NCBI GenBank assembly: GCA_030390025.1
Contig: CM059432.1
Location: forward strand, 81,222,001-81,286,000
Direction of reading: 5' to 3'
Origin: Squalus acanthias
Taxonomy: Eukaryota
Length of the DNA stretch: 64,000 bases
A program made the position numbers and the translations under genes. The notes beneath the pieces were generated by a model that saw nothing but the letters and a program-made list of their open reading frames with translations, had not been told where the DNA came from and made no database searches. Each line of letters begins with the position of its first letter. Position 1 is the stretch's first letter. This document shows positions 11,870 to 25,150 of this stretch, in pieces.

Positions 11870-12643
11870 GGGGAAAATTTTTACTTCCCAACACGCTGGG
11901 AGCGGGCGGGGGTGGGGGCGGATTTGGTAGCACTCGGGAAACCCGGAGGTCTGGGCTTCCCCGCATGTTGTGAAGATTTAACTCACAGCGACAACTCTTG
12001 GCCCTGACAGGTTCCCTGCCCGGAAGTCAGCCTCATTGACAGGCTTGGCTTCCAGTCGGGCGGGGAGGACTCCGGAGGAGGCCGCAGGACCAGGTAGGTC
12101 CGATCCCCAACCCTGGGGTGGGAATCAGATCCTAAGGGGCTCCGATCCCCAACCCCGGGGGGGGGGTCCAATGACTGGCCCCTGGGGTGTCCAATCCCGG
12201 GGGGGTGTCCAGTCCCTGACCCCGGGAGGGTGTTTGTATGGGGGAGGGCGGGGGGGGAGGACTGATTCTGAGGGAGCTTGTGGGGCCAGGAGGAAGAATG
12301 TCTGCACCTCCTCGCCAACAAGGAGTGCCGTGAAGGCACTTACCTTCTCCTCGAGGCTGTCCTCGCCTCGCTGCAGCTGCCGGGTTTGCCGAGGCCCGGG
12401 ACACCTGGCTGACCACAATAAAACCTGCAAAGCAGGTTAAATCCAAGGCTTCCAGCCTCATTAACATATTTAAAATGCCAGCCCGTTTCCTGGGAGTGGG
12501 TTGGCTGCCCGCTCCTTGTCCCACCTCAGTAAAACCTGTAAGTCAGCGAGTTGGAGCTGGCTTCCTGACACACTTGGAATTTTTGCTCATTTAATCCCTC
12601 CCCTGCATCCACTCCCACCCACTCACCCATGTTAAAATTCCCC
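11870..12643. mobile_element. Harbinger-type MITE
   Basis: TIR ggggaaaattttta / taaaattcccc; TSD AAT/AAT; G-rich interior. Confidence 0.85.
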
Positions 12644-15499
12644 AATATGTCACATTTGCCATTACTCTCAACTATATATATATATATATACAGCAGGCTA
12701 AAAGTGTATTTACCCAATCATCTCCATTCTGGCTGGGAATAGTGGTGTTACTATATGCAGCCCTGTAACTCTGGTGCAAGACCCATGGAAACCCCAGAAA
12801 CCATTTTTTCAGGCTTTCTGTGGCCCTTCCGCCAAAGTAGTGGCGACTGAGTGAGAGAACCCCTGTGGAAACTCACCTCCCAACACCTCTAACAACCAGG
12901 ACATCCAACTCTATGGGGATTGCTCCTTCCTTCTATTGGACCATGACCCTTCTATCATCAAGAGGCTGTGTCAGACAGTATGTTCCTGGGTCACAGTTAC
13001 AAGACATGCATCCAGTCTTCTCTCTCCCCTCTTTCGTCAGGGAGGATGTTAGAAGCAGTAAACTTCAATTATTATATGATAACTTTGAATCAAAATCTTT
13101 TAGCGATGTTATCCAGGAAAAATGTTGAAAAAAATCTAACTGGTCAGAGTATATTTCTCTGTCTGTTTATATTTTCATATATGAACGGAAATCTATAGAA
13201 AAGCCAACAAGTGAACAAAGAGAACAAGTGTCATGTCCGGGAAAACTAAGCAACTTCCATGGACAAAATGTTGTTTTTCTTGGGAAGTCCCTTGATGCAT
13301 GAGTAATTACACTGCAAGACATGGTACTGATCCATAGAGGGTAGAAAGGTCCCTGGTATAATCATCGGTATACTCGAAGTTAAATTATCTCAGTTATGGT
13401 GTGATGAGGGCACCTCATTTACTGACATCATCTCTAAGCCAGGGAGGTGGAAAAAAATCAGCCAGGGTTCCTATTCCTGATTACTCTCCACTAATCCTGC
13501 TGAAACGGACATATGCGTGGACGTAAGGTGATTGGCTTCTGCACTGATGTCCTCCACAGATGAATCTCCTCCAGCTTCTCCTTGGTTAGGTTCACACATT
13601 GTTTAGGTTTAAATGCCCTAAGGTAGGAGCCCAGATTACCACTTCTGATCACTATTCAGTGACCCTAACTGAAAAGCATACGTGTGTGGACGTCAAATGA
13701 TGACAGATTGGGCTTGATTATGATGCCCTGCCACACACAAACCCACAGTTTAATAGCTCGTTAATGCTCATTAGGCTCACGTATATGAATAGCCGCTTGC
13801 ATGAGGTACCAGAAGATGGTCAGCATCCTCTGTACCATAGTCCAGTCTGTGTCTACAGGAGAGGATGGGTGAAAATTGGCAAATATATATGAAAAAAATG
13901 GCCTCTTGACTGAGGTAATAGGTTATCATCATCTGTGGATCCATTTTCAAAAGCAGAGGGGCAAGGAAAGAAACTTCAGAGGAAAGTAACATCCTGATCC
14001 TGTTAATTTTCTTTTTAATTGTCAGTAAAGTGTAGTCATTCCTTCTCGGGCATCTGACATAAAGTTGCCAGTGGAAGTGCTGTAATCCCATCAGAATGAG
14101 GCGTCTTACATTTTTATCGCAGTGGTATAATCTTTCTGTTGCTAAATCAGGTGCTGCTGATTACACAATTATCCCCTGAAGCAATAGCTATTAACACTGC
14201 AGGATCTTATGCAACTTTTGTGAGGTAATGCTTAAAGGAATTCATTAATCTACAACACAGGCCAGAAGAATGACACACTGAAAATGATGGGGGGGTTTTA
14301 ATTTCAGTTTGTAAATCCTAGGTTCTTAGTCACCTGGGAGTAGATACAGGATTTACAGTAGCCTGGTTGTCTTTGTTTCTGCCTGAGCTAAGCATATTTA
14401 ATAAAGGTGAACAACCACCTTACTCTCTGGAGAGTTGTACCAGCACAATCTTCACAGAGTGGAACTGTGATTTAGTAGCGCAACTGTCCAGAATCAGATA
14501 CGTGGTGTGTGTGATTGCAGTTCTGCAACAGTCCATCTAACTGGAGCCCTAACAGCACTGACTGAAAAGTATTACACATTCAGATCATGTAGCATGTTAC
14601 ATATTACGTACTGATAATTTTCTCAGTATGTTAAAAACAATCTATGATGGTAACTGATGAGAACATAAGAACTGACTGTGTGAGTGCTCTAGTTTTAGTA
14701 CAGGCCCATACCTAGCACAAGTGCTGTTATGCACGTCATGAGAATGAAACAACATTTCCGATTGTAATCACATTATATGTAACTGCGTTTCTTTTGATCA
14801 AAGAATTCCCTTTTGCCAGTATCTGTATATTAGTAGCACTGTGATTGGTTAACTGCAACACTGTACTTACAATTAATGATTAGGTTATTGCACCTAAACA
14901 GTACTGTACTTGAGCTAGGAATGCTGAGTCTTACCAGCAGAACTCAAATGGAATCATATGATTGTAGATAATGAGCTGTGCAACTAATATTGTGGTATAT
15001 ATTACAAAGGTTTGGCTGAAAATCTATAGAATTGAAACTCCCAATGAATAATAATTCAATATAGATTGTTGAAGAAAATGATCTCCTATAGCAGCAGTCC
15101 ACCAGTGGTAACAAATACACACATGCAGTCGTACTCCAAGCTTTAGAGTAAATGGGACAATCCAGTGTATGTGGCCTGTATAACCTAACCATAAGAATCA
15201 CCTATCTATCCACCAGCATACTGTCTACTGATCCTAAAGAAATAGGTCTTGTGTTGATAGATAGCTAGAGATTGTGTAATGTGCATTGTGTTCACAAGGA
15301 TGAGAGAGAGTGAGAAAAAGAAACACAAGAAAGGGAATCATAGAATCATAGAAATTTACAGCACAGAAGGAGGCCATTCGGCCCATCTTGTCCGTGCCGG
15401 CCGACAAGGAGCTATCCACCCTAATCCCACTTTCCAGCCCTTGGTCCATAGCCTTGTAGGTTATGGCACTTCAAGTGCATATCCAAGTACTTTTTAAAT

Positions 15500-18200
15500 G
15501 TGATGAGGGTCTCTGCCTCTACCACCCTTTCAGGCAGTGAGTTCCAGACCCCCACCACCCTCTGGATGAAAAAGAATTCTCCTCAACTCCCCTCTAAACC
15601 TGCGACCAATTACTTTAAATCCATGCCCCCTGGTTATTGACCCTTCTGCTAAGGGAATTGTTCCTTCCTATCCACTCTATCTAGGCCCCTCATAACTTTA
15701 TACACCTCAATTAGGTCCCCCCTCAGCCTCCTCCATTCCAAAGAAAACGACCCCAGCCTATCCAATCTTTCCTCATAGCTAAAATTCCCCAGCCCAGGCA
15801 ACATCCTCGTAAATCTCCTCTGCACCCCCTCTAGTACAATCATATCCTTCCTGTAATGTGGTGACCAGAACTGCGTGCAGTATTCTAGCTGCGGCCTAAC
15901 TAGTATTTTATACAGTTCAAGCATAACCTCCCTGCTCTTATATTCTATGCCTCGACTAATAAAGATAAGTATCCCATATGCCTTGCTTAACCACCTTATC
16001 TACCTGTCCTGCTACCTTCAGGGATCTGTGGACATGCACTCCAAGGTCCCTCTGATCCTCTGCACTTCTCAGTGTCCTACCATTTATTGTGTATTCCCTT
16101 GCCTTGTTAGCCCTCCCCAAATGCATTTCCTCACACTTCTCCAGATTGAATTCCATTTGCCATTGTTCTGCCCACCTAACCAGTCCACTGATATCTTCCT
16201 GCAGTCTGCAGCTTTCTTCTTCATTATCAACCAATTTTTGTATCATCTGCAAACTTCTTAATCATACTTCCTACATTCAAGCCCAAATCATTAATATATA
16301 CCATAAAAAGCAAAGGACCCAGTATTGAGCCCTGCAGAACCCCACTGGAAACAGCCTTCCAGTCACAAAAACACCCTTTGACCATTACCCTTTGTTTCCT
16401 GCCTCTGAGCCAATTTTGGATCCAACTTGCCACTTTGCCTTGGATCCCATGGGCTTTTACTTTCGTGACTAGTCTGCCATGCGGGACCTTATCAAAAGCC
16501 TTGCTAAAATCCATATAGACTACATCAAACACACTACCTTCATTGACCCTCCTTGCTACCTCCTCAAAAAATTCAAGCAAGTTAGTCAGACACGACCTTC
16601 CCTTAACAAATCCATGCTGACTGTCCCTGATTAATCCGTGTCTTTCTAAATGTAGATTTATCCTGTCCCTCAGAATTTTTTCCAATGATTTTCCCACCAC
16701 CGAGGTTAGCCTGTAATTACTCGGTCTATCCCTTTCTCCCTTTTTAAACAAAGGTACCATGTTAGCAGTCCTCCAGTCCTCTGGCACCACACCTGTAGCC
16801 AGAGAGGATTGGAAAATGATGGTCAGAGCCTCTGCTATTTCCTCCCTTACTTCTCTTAATAGTCTGGGATACATTACATCCGGGCCTGGGGATCTATCCA
16901 CTTTCAAAGATGCTAAACCCCTTAATACTTCCTCTTTCACTATGTTTATTTCATCTAATATTTCACACTCCTCCTCCCTGATTGCAATGCCTGCATCGTC
17001 CCTCTCTTTTGTGAAAACAGACGCAAAGTATTCATTAAGAACCATACCCATGTCTTCTGCTTCCACACACAGGTTAACTTTATGGTCCCTAATAGGCCCT
17101 ACTCTTACTTTAGTTATCCTCTTGCTCTTAATGTATTTATAAAACATCTTTGGGTTTTCCTTGATGTTACTTGCCAATATTTTTTCATGCCCTCTCTTTG
17201 CTTTCCTAATTTCCTTTTTAATTTCACCCCTGCACTTTCTATACTCCTCTCGGCTTTCTGCAGTATTGAGTCCTTGGTATCTGTCATAAGCTTCCCTTTT
17301 TTCTTTATCCTACCCTGTGTGCCCCTTGACATCCAGGGAGCTCTAGATTTGTTAGTCCCACCCTTTTTCTTTAAGGGAACATACTTGCTCTGAACCCTCA
17401 CTATCTCCTCCTTGAATGCCTCCCACTGCTCTGACACTGATTTACCTTGAAGTTTCTGTCTCCAGTCCATTTGGCTAAATCACCTCTCAGCTTAGTAAAA
17501 TTTGCTTTTCCCCAATTGAGAACTTTTATTCCTGGTCTGTCCTTGTCCTTTTCCATGACTACCCTAAATCTAACTGAATTATGATCACTACCACCAATAT
17601 GCTCTCCCACTGATACCCTTTCCACCTGCCCAGCTTCATTCCCTAAAACTAGGTTCAGAACTGCCCCCTCTCTTGTTGGACTTGCTACATACTGGCTAAA
17701 AAAGTTCTCCTGAATGCATTTTAAGAATTCTGATCCTTCTATACCTTTCACACTAATTTTATCCCAGTTAATATTAGGGAAGTTGAAATCCCCTACTATT
17801 ACTGCTCTATTTTTGCACGTTTCAGAAATTTGCCTACATATTTGCTCTTCTATCTCCCTCTGACTGTTTGGAGGTCTACAGTACACTCCCAGCAGTGTGA
17901 TTGCCCCTTTTTTCTTTTTCAGTTCAACCCATATGGCCTCATTTGATGATCCTTCTAAGATATCCTCCCTCCTCACAGTTGTAATTGATTCTTTAATCAA
18001 TATTCAACCCCCCCTCCTTTTTTATCTCCCTCTCTATCTCATCTGAAAATCCTGTAACCAGGAATGTTGAGCTGCCATTCCTGCCCTTCTTTCAGCCATG
18101 TCTCAGTAATAGCTATAATATCATACTCCCACATGTCTATCTGTGCCCTCAGCTCATCTGTTTTATTCCCTAGACTCCTTGCGTTGAAGTATATACCATT
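15500..18200 (-). pseudogene. CR1 ORF2 (APE endonuclease + reverse transcriptase), frameshifted
   Basis: ORFs 18039..18320, 17401..18000, 17114..17470, 16227..17177, 15956..16252, 15649..15924. Confidence 0.92.
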
Positions 18201-18346
18201 TAGCACTGCCAAACTCCCTTGTTGTCTATTTTCTAGCCTTTGTTTCCTCTGCCTTCCAAACTCGCTTACTAATTTTCTGCCTTCCATTTCCAGCTTTGCT
18301 TCTCTCCCTTCTGAATTCACTCTCAGGTTCCCATCCCCCTGCCAAG

Positions 18347-19276
18347 CTAGTTTAAACCCTCCCCAGCAGCATTAGCAAAACCCCCCGCGAGGATATTGGT
18401 TCCGGTCCTGTTGAGGTGCAACCCATCTGGCTTGTACAGGTCCCACCTCCCCCAGAACTGGTCCCAATGCCTCAGGAATCTAAAGCCCTCCCTCCTGCAC
18501 CATCTCTCCAGCCACGCATTCATCTGCTCTATCCTCCTGTTTCTGTACTCACTAGCACGTGGCACCAGGAGTAATCCAGAGATTACTATCTTTGAGGTCC
18601 TGCTTTTTAATCTCTTTCCTAGTTCCCTAAAATCTGCCTGCAGGACCTCATCCCTCTTTCTACCTATGTCGTTGGTATCGATATGGACCACGATCTCTGG
18701 CTGTTCACCCTCCCCCCTCAGAATGTTCTGCAGCCATTCAGTGACATCCTTGACCCTGGCACCAGGGAGGCAACATACCATCCTGGAGTCACGTCTGCGG
18801 CCGCAGAAACGCCTCTTTATTCCCCTAACTATCGAATCCCCTACCACTATTACTCTTCCACTCTTCTTCCTCCCTGTCTGTGCAGCTTAGCCACCCATGG
18901 TGCCGTGGACTTGGCTCTGGCTGCACTCCCCAGAGGAACCATCGCCCTCACCAGTATCCAGAACTGAATACTGGTTAGCGAGCGAGATGCACTCAGGGGA
19001 CTCCTGCACTACCTGCCTGGTCCTCCTCTTCTGTCTGGCGGTCACCCATTGTCTCTCTGCCTGCACACTCTTAAGCTGTGGGGTGACCACCTCCTGAAAC
19101 GTGCTATCCACGTAACTCTCAGCCTCACGGTTGCACTGCAACGACTCCAGCTGCTGCTCAAGCTCCGAAACCCGGAGCTCGAGCTGCTGTAGCTGGCGAC
19201 ACTTCCCGCACACGTGGTCGTCCAGGCCACGAGAAGTGTCCAGGACTTCCCACATGGCACAGGATATGCATTCCAC
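18347..19276 (-). pseudogene. CR1 ORF1 (CxxC zinc finger/leucine zipper + SGNH esterase), one in-frame stop
   Basis: CISC...CGKC, LELRVSELEQQL, VGDSIVRG, TND, DGLHLN. Confidence 0.9.
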
Positions 19277-19424
19277 GGGACAGAGCTGCCATGCCTTTAC
19301 TTTGTAGCCTATTAACTAGAAACTAGAAACACTTACCAGCTACTCACCAATCAGCTCCTTTCCTTGTACCAACCTCACTTTTTAATTCTAACATCACTCT
19401 TTCAAATTCTGCCTTTGTTGAGTT

Positions 19425-19603
19425 GCTCCCGCTCAGGTCCGATGCCTCCGCTCTCGGGCCTTCCTCTGCTGCGCTCTTTATTTTCTCCGCCTCCACTCTC
19501 GCTCCCCCTCAGGTCCGATGCCTCCGCTCTCGGGCCTTCTTCTGCCGCGCTCTTTATTTTCTCCGCCTCCGCTCTTGCTCCCGCTCAGGTCCACTGCCTC
19601 CAC
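19425..19603 (-). repeat. 76-bp tandem monomers (~2.4 copies) at the CR1 5' end
   Basis: Units start at 19425, 19501 and 19577 (gctcccgctcaggtccgatgcctccgctc...). Confidence 0.85.
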
Positions 19604-20104
19604 TGAATACATTTAATGTGGCAAAAAAAATCACAGTGCTACTATTATACAGTTATTGGTGACCAGAGCAGATTGCAACTGATTGCTCCTACCCAGCCTC
19701 AACTGGTATTTTTCCATAGGTGGATGCAATATTTTTCTCTCAATCCACCTGATCAACTCTTGCTGGATATGTGATAACCTAGAAAACTAGCAAAAGCTAG
19801 ACGAAAAGTTTCAAAAGAGCTGAAACAGGCCCCAAAAAACTGACAAGTGAAGAACAACCCTAATTATAAGCCTATAGCATTTGAAAACTGGTAGTTACAT
19901 GGCCTTTGCTTTCATAAGCTGTACATATACTCAATAGTTCTTTGTTCGAATTAGAAGAAAGAAACTAAGTACATGAAAGCGTAAATGGGAAAATCCAAAT
20001 ATTAAAGGCACAAAATTGGCAGTGTATTTCTGTAGTCCCCATAAAATTTTGGTGCATTCGAGTTAATTTTGTTGGGGTAACAGTCGACAATTGACTGAAC
20101 AGTC

Positions 20105-20523
20105 TTAATTAAGTCCTAAAAATGAAATGATCCTTTTAAGGGTGTCCCACAAGGCATCTATTAAAGCAGTTGTAGCTGTAATTCCAGAAGCCAATACTGT
20201 CCTTAGAACTTTGTTCTCCTGTATCATTTTTTTTTGAAGACTGGAACCCTGAGATCTGGGTCCCAAGGTTCTTGAGCCAAGGGTAGGCATTTCTCCACCC
20301 TCCATGGTGCAATGCCTTGCACCCCCTCCCAGCTCCTGCTCACTAGTGCTTCACCCAGTAATATTCCTTCTGACTCGATAATCAAATCCTCCCAAGTGGG
20401 TTTATCTGAGCTAGCACTTGAGTACTTAAGGTGCATGCGAAACGGGTAAGGCTGGGGCTGGAGTTGTTGCGCTCGATGTGCCAGGCTGCTCTTCCCAGCA
20501 TGTATCATCTTGTTCATGAGATT
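20105..20523 (-). CDS. Orphan exon-like ORF (~140 codons, one frameshift in a T9 run), unknown product
   Basis: Polypyrimidine+AG acceptor at 20524-25; ORFs 20224..20517 and 20105..20305 join at the homopolymer 20227..20235. Confidence 0.4.
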
Positions 20524-20736
20524 CTTTTAGGAGGGTAAAGAAAGGAAATTATTTTTCAGATTGACTCTTGCATATCACTTTGAAGATGTTGCAGCTCAGT
20601 ATAAGATCAGCTATAGACTTTGAACATCTGAAGATAGCAACAGTCTACTGTACTGTTCTGTGTCCCTGCCTTTACCAAACCATTCTTTGCAGCTTGCCTC
20701 CTACTTTCCCATCTCCCACTGATTCCCCTGTGTGTT

Positions 20737-21352
20737 GGGGTAGAGTTTCCGCTCCTTTACGCCAGTAATATCAGTGCAATCCAGGTGGAATAGGCCAAAC
20801 CAGTGCAAAACATCAGGGAATTTTAAAGTAAGTGAGTTACGGCCAAAACCATTCACGCTCGAGTTTTCACGATCTTTTGTACTGGTTCAAGATCAGTTCA
20901 GCCAAATCAGGCCCTGCCCACAAAACTGGCCACGCCCCCACTGATTGCACTGGTTCGGGAAGGTTTTTCAAATTGCATTAATTTTTTCCATATCAAAATA
21001 TATTTAATTTACTCAGAAACCGACTAGTATACACCAATGAAGATAGTAAATGCTTTAGTAAAGCTTTTTTAAGTCATTTTCAGTGATTTTAAATCAGGTT
21101 ACTCACAGGTGGAGGACTGGACACTCTGATTAAAAATGCTGTATTAATAAAAGGTTTCTACTCTTGAATAGACCAGTGAATACTTTTTAATGGAAAGAAA
21201 AAAATAAACAATTATGTTATATTACGCTGTCCGATTGCGCTGGTTCATGGAAGATTTTACGATTGTGATTATGCAAATGATTTTTACCGGAAACTTGAAC
21301 TGGAACCCAACCACCACAATTTTGAGCACGTTTTGGGCGCAATTTCCCGATC
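20737..21352. mobile_element. Degenerate MITE-like element
   Basis: ggggtagagtttccgc left end, weak right TIR, gtt on both flanks. Confidence 0.4.
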
Positions 21353-21479
21353 GTTGTGATGGTGGCTGTTCCTTCCCCCTCCCCTGTGGCAGTTCTTTGG
21401 CATTGACTGTCATCAACTTTTTCCTTTGCAAGGAGAAAACGCAGTGAGAAAGAAATCTGATTGACAAATACACTTGCTT

Positions 21480-21830
21480 ACGTTCAGGTGTCTGCATGGT
21501 GACCTTACTTTCAGGTGCAGACTGACTTTAATCACCTCACTTTTGACACTCACACTACCATCCTGTGTCACTGAGAACACACAGTGGTATGGTAGAAAAG
21601 AGGCACATAAGCAACGTAGCTCCTGAGATGTCCTGTGACTATTAAAGTTTTCCATTCACCCAGTTGGTTACTCTGTGAGGACACGGGGCTTCCTTCCCTC
21701 ACGTCCCAGGAGAGGGTCCATCCTTGACCCAATACCTGTCGGCAGTAAGTTCACTGTTGCATCAAAAAACCTGACAACTCTTCCTGCTGTTGAACCCTGC
21801 GTGGTTGTCCTTCCTTCAGTCATTCTTGCT
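21480..21830 (-). pseudogene. Harbinger Myb/SANT exon-1 remnant
   Basis: GRVVRFFDATVNLL...GREGRKP resembles RAPRFSD in the 7399 gene. Confidence 0.4.
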
Positions 21831-22507
21831 CTCTTTCATTTCCTGTGGTGTGGTTCCAGAATTCCAAAAGGCATTTGCCCTTTAATCAGTTGTACCATTT
21901 TAAATTCAGCCATACCACAGTATTTCCCTCCCTCCTAGCAATGGTAAGCCTCTTAGTAGCAGTGCTATCACTCTAAACCGGCCCCATGTATGCCATCAGG
22001 CCTCCACCCCACCCCTCCCCCCCACCTTAGGAAAACATGGCAGGTTTCCAGCGGGGTCAGGTCACAGATGCAGGCGAAGTCTCACCCTGCCACTTTTTTT
22101 TACATTTTGATGTCATTTAGTGTTCTGAAAATAGAATTGTACAGTACCCTACAGAAGGATAATGGTGCAGTTTTTGTTATAATCACATTTGTAGCCTCAC
22201 TTTTCTTATTTGGAAACAATACAGACACAGAAAGATGTGCTGTATCAGACTGGCAAGATGCAAAAGTCCTAAAAAAACAAAAAAAAAGACCGAATTGGAC
22301 AGATTGAAACTTTAGCAAGGCTGGATGGCAGGGATGCCTCTGCATTCCTGGCGTCCAGCGTGCTATGGACAGTGGACGAGGTATTTAAACTTTAAATTCT
22401 TTAAAAGCTGTATAATTGATGGCAGGGTTATTGAATGAACTCTCTAACCCTGTGATTTTGAAAAGGTCTCCAGCAGCTCCCAGGTGGTCCCTTAGGTAGA
22501 GGCCAAG

Positions 22508-23213
22508 GGGGAAAAATCCGGTTGCTTTCCGCCTCCCATTAGCGCCCTAAGAGGCCCGGGCGCGTCGCTGCCAACGCCTCCCGCGAAATTCAGTGGGAGG
22601 TTAACGGCGGCGGTAACCATTAGCGCCCCGCGGCGCTGCGCCCCCGGCGATGATGTCATCGCTGTGCGCAGCGCCCCGGCCGCGATCTTCAGTAGCGCCC
22701 CCTGACTTACCGCCGGACGCTATGCCCGACGGGGTCAGGGGGACCTACCTGCGGCTGGGGCAGCACTATTTAAAGGTGAGGTGCCGGGCATCCATTTTTG
22801 TTGCTGGCCGCCTGCCAGTACCTGCCTCCGCTGCCGTCCCCGGCCTCATGACCCTGCTCCCCCCGCGGAGTGCCGGCTATGCTCCATGAGCCGGGCACTT
22901 CTTTTGAGTGCCGGGCTCTTTTGCCAGCACTCCCGATCCCCGGTGTCCCAGCTGGGCCCCAGGTCATGCTGCGCAAGGCCCCTCCCCTTTCAGAAGGGGA
23001 GGAAGGCCTGCAATACCGTGGCACGTAGCACCGCGATATTCCCTCACAGCGTCCCAAGAGGGAGGGAGGGCGCTTCCAGTAGCGCCCCGCTTCCCTCTTG
23101 GGGCACTACCACTCAATTTCGGCCGCGGGGGTGCTAATTTTTCCGAGGCGCTAAAAGTAGCGCCCCGGCGAAGTTAGCACCCCAAGGGGGGGCGCGATTC
23201 AATTTTCCCCCCC
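22508..23213. mobile_element. CpG-rich Harbinger-type MITE (likely young)
   Basis: TIR ggggaaaaat / aattttcccc; TSD AAG/AAG; related to the 48878 and 57322 elements. Confidence 0.8.
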
Positions 23214-24955
23214 AAGAGTCTCCCACAATTATTTAAAATAACCTGACCTTGGCGTTACGACTAAGCAGAATATTTCGGCTGCCTTCTGGTAAAACTATAA
23301 TAACTGGTAAAAGGAAAGAAGTCAATGGAATTGTATAACATAGCACAGATTATGCTTTTCTATAGCATGATGTAGCTATATTATGTTATGCCTATATTCT
23401 TCTATTAATAAGTAGAAGAGAAAGCATACCGATTTCAAATTGGATGGGTTAAATGAAATTGTTGCTGTTAGGGAAGTTTTTTTAATGTAAGATATGTTTC
23501 CCTCTCTTTAAAAATCATTTAAAAACTCAACTACATGGTAGAAAATAACTTCCTATTCATTGCCTCGCCATAGCTACACGGAGACCAGACATTAGGTTGG
23601 GTGGGGATCATGGTCAGGGAGCCACTTGGCTAGCATCAGTAAATTGATTACACTATTTAAAAAAAAATCGAATGTTTTATTTAGAATGTTCTGTTTCAGG
23701 GAATGACGTGCTAGATTTGGGTTGCTTTTCAGGAAAAATTTTAAATTTCTGTGTATGCATTTTATTCACATTTTTCAAAAAGATAAGGCTCAAGCCTTTG
23801 TAAAGTAAATCATACTGATGCTGATAATTGCCAAATTTCTCAACAGTTTCCTTAATAGAGATGTCTACTTGCGCTTAAAAACTATTTATACTTTTATTGT
23901 TTATGGTAACTCAAGTAATTTTGTACTCTTAAAATGCAATTTTGTTGTTGTTGATTTGATTTACCAGTTGGACGATTTATGCAGGCAGTTAAATTGTTGT
24001 GCCCACCTCTATTAATAGACCTGCTGAGTGCCTTGCAAACTCTCTTCAACACTTGTCCTATAAAATATATAAATTCATGAAAACATATTGGGGTAGTTAA
24101 TGGTATGCGTTCCACCTATTTTACAGGGGTAAAATGGGTGCAACAATGACAAATTTAGTAGAATAGCTTGCACCCAACATGTGTGTGCAATTGAGCCATT
24201 GCTAGGTTCGACGGGCCTATTCTTTAGGTGTCCAAGGCAGCCACCTGAAACAGGTGTAAGGCAGTTAAGTAGGGGCTTAACGCCTGTTGAAGGACCCCTC
24301 TGGAAAATTTGTTTACGATGAGTTGAGCAGGAACCATGCCTGCCCCGCTCAGAATTCTTCAGTGGCACTTGCGGCCGACAATGAAAGGTACGTTTTTTTA
24401 AAGAGTGCTTCCCCGACTCCACAGTCGTCGCAATCACCTCCTGCCCCTTCGTTGGCCCCTGCAACTCTCCTCCTGGGGCTTGCCTTTAGGCCGCTGCCAG
24501 TGAGGCAAGTGGCCGGACATTCATTCTCTTCTAGGGTTAAGAACAAATACTTCTCACATTGCCACCAAAGGGAAGCACTGTAGTAGGTAACAATAGACAC
24601 GCACCCAATATAATTTGTAATTAAAATTATAGTTGTAAAAAGTTGTTGTGCATGCAGGCATCGTTGCACAGGTTTGGAAGTAATTTTCATCAGCTGGTAT
24701 AAATGAAAGCTTGGTGAGTTGCTATACACAAATGTAAATTATGTCCTATTTGTGATGGGAAGGGGTAAGTTGTAGCTAGAACTGTTAATGCAGTGACCAA
24801 CATAGAAGCCAATAGAAGATCTCTTGTATGAGAGTATATGAGGCCAGGCTGATGAGCAGCAGTGCAAGCACATGGCACCACCCGGAGTATAGAGCCAGAG
24901 GTGCTCCTCCCTGCATTTAACCGAGAAGCAGTGCCTGGGGAGACTTTGCCATACA

Positions 24956-25150
24956 ATGGAAGCGATCACAGAATTATGCCACATGCTGCCAGCAGACCTG
25001 CAACCCACCTCCATCATATGTGCCACTCTGCCAGTTACTATTGTTACCACCACCTTTAACTTCTATGCATTACAAAGTCATTCTATGTTGCCATGGGAAA
25101 CATCTGTAATTTCAGTCCAACAGCTGTCCACAGATGCATCAAGCAAGTCT
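24956..25150 (+). pseudogene. Harbinger transposase N-terminal remnant
   Basis: ELCHMLPADLQP...LPVTIVTTTFNFYA matches ELSHLLQPDLQP...LPVAVKVTVALNFF. Confidence 0.6.

Larger units (their letters stand above)
15337..19605 (-). mobile_element. Near full-length CR1 LINE (HER1-like), decayed
   Basis: 3' (ttctatga)n tail, ORF2 APE+RT (YMDFSKAFDKVPH, KFADDTK), ORF1, repetitive 5' UTR. Confidence 0.95.

Noticed and set aside
13120..13130. TGT-TGA (Cys-Sec?) and other in-frame TGAs suggesting a selenoprotein
   Set aside because: TAA/TAG stops and frameshifts occur in sister exons and no SECIS was recognised; decay is the simpler explanation
13330..13860. SINE-like repeat with an internal duplication
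   Set aside because: Looks repetitive, but boundaries and family could not be supported
16759..18890. Plus-strand ORFs over CR1 (also 61360..63678)
   Set aside because: Antisense shadows of LINE coding frames
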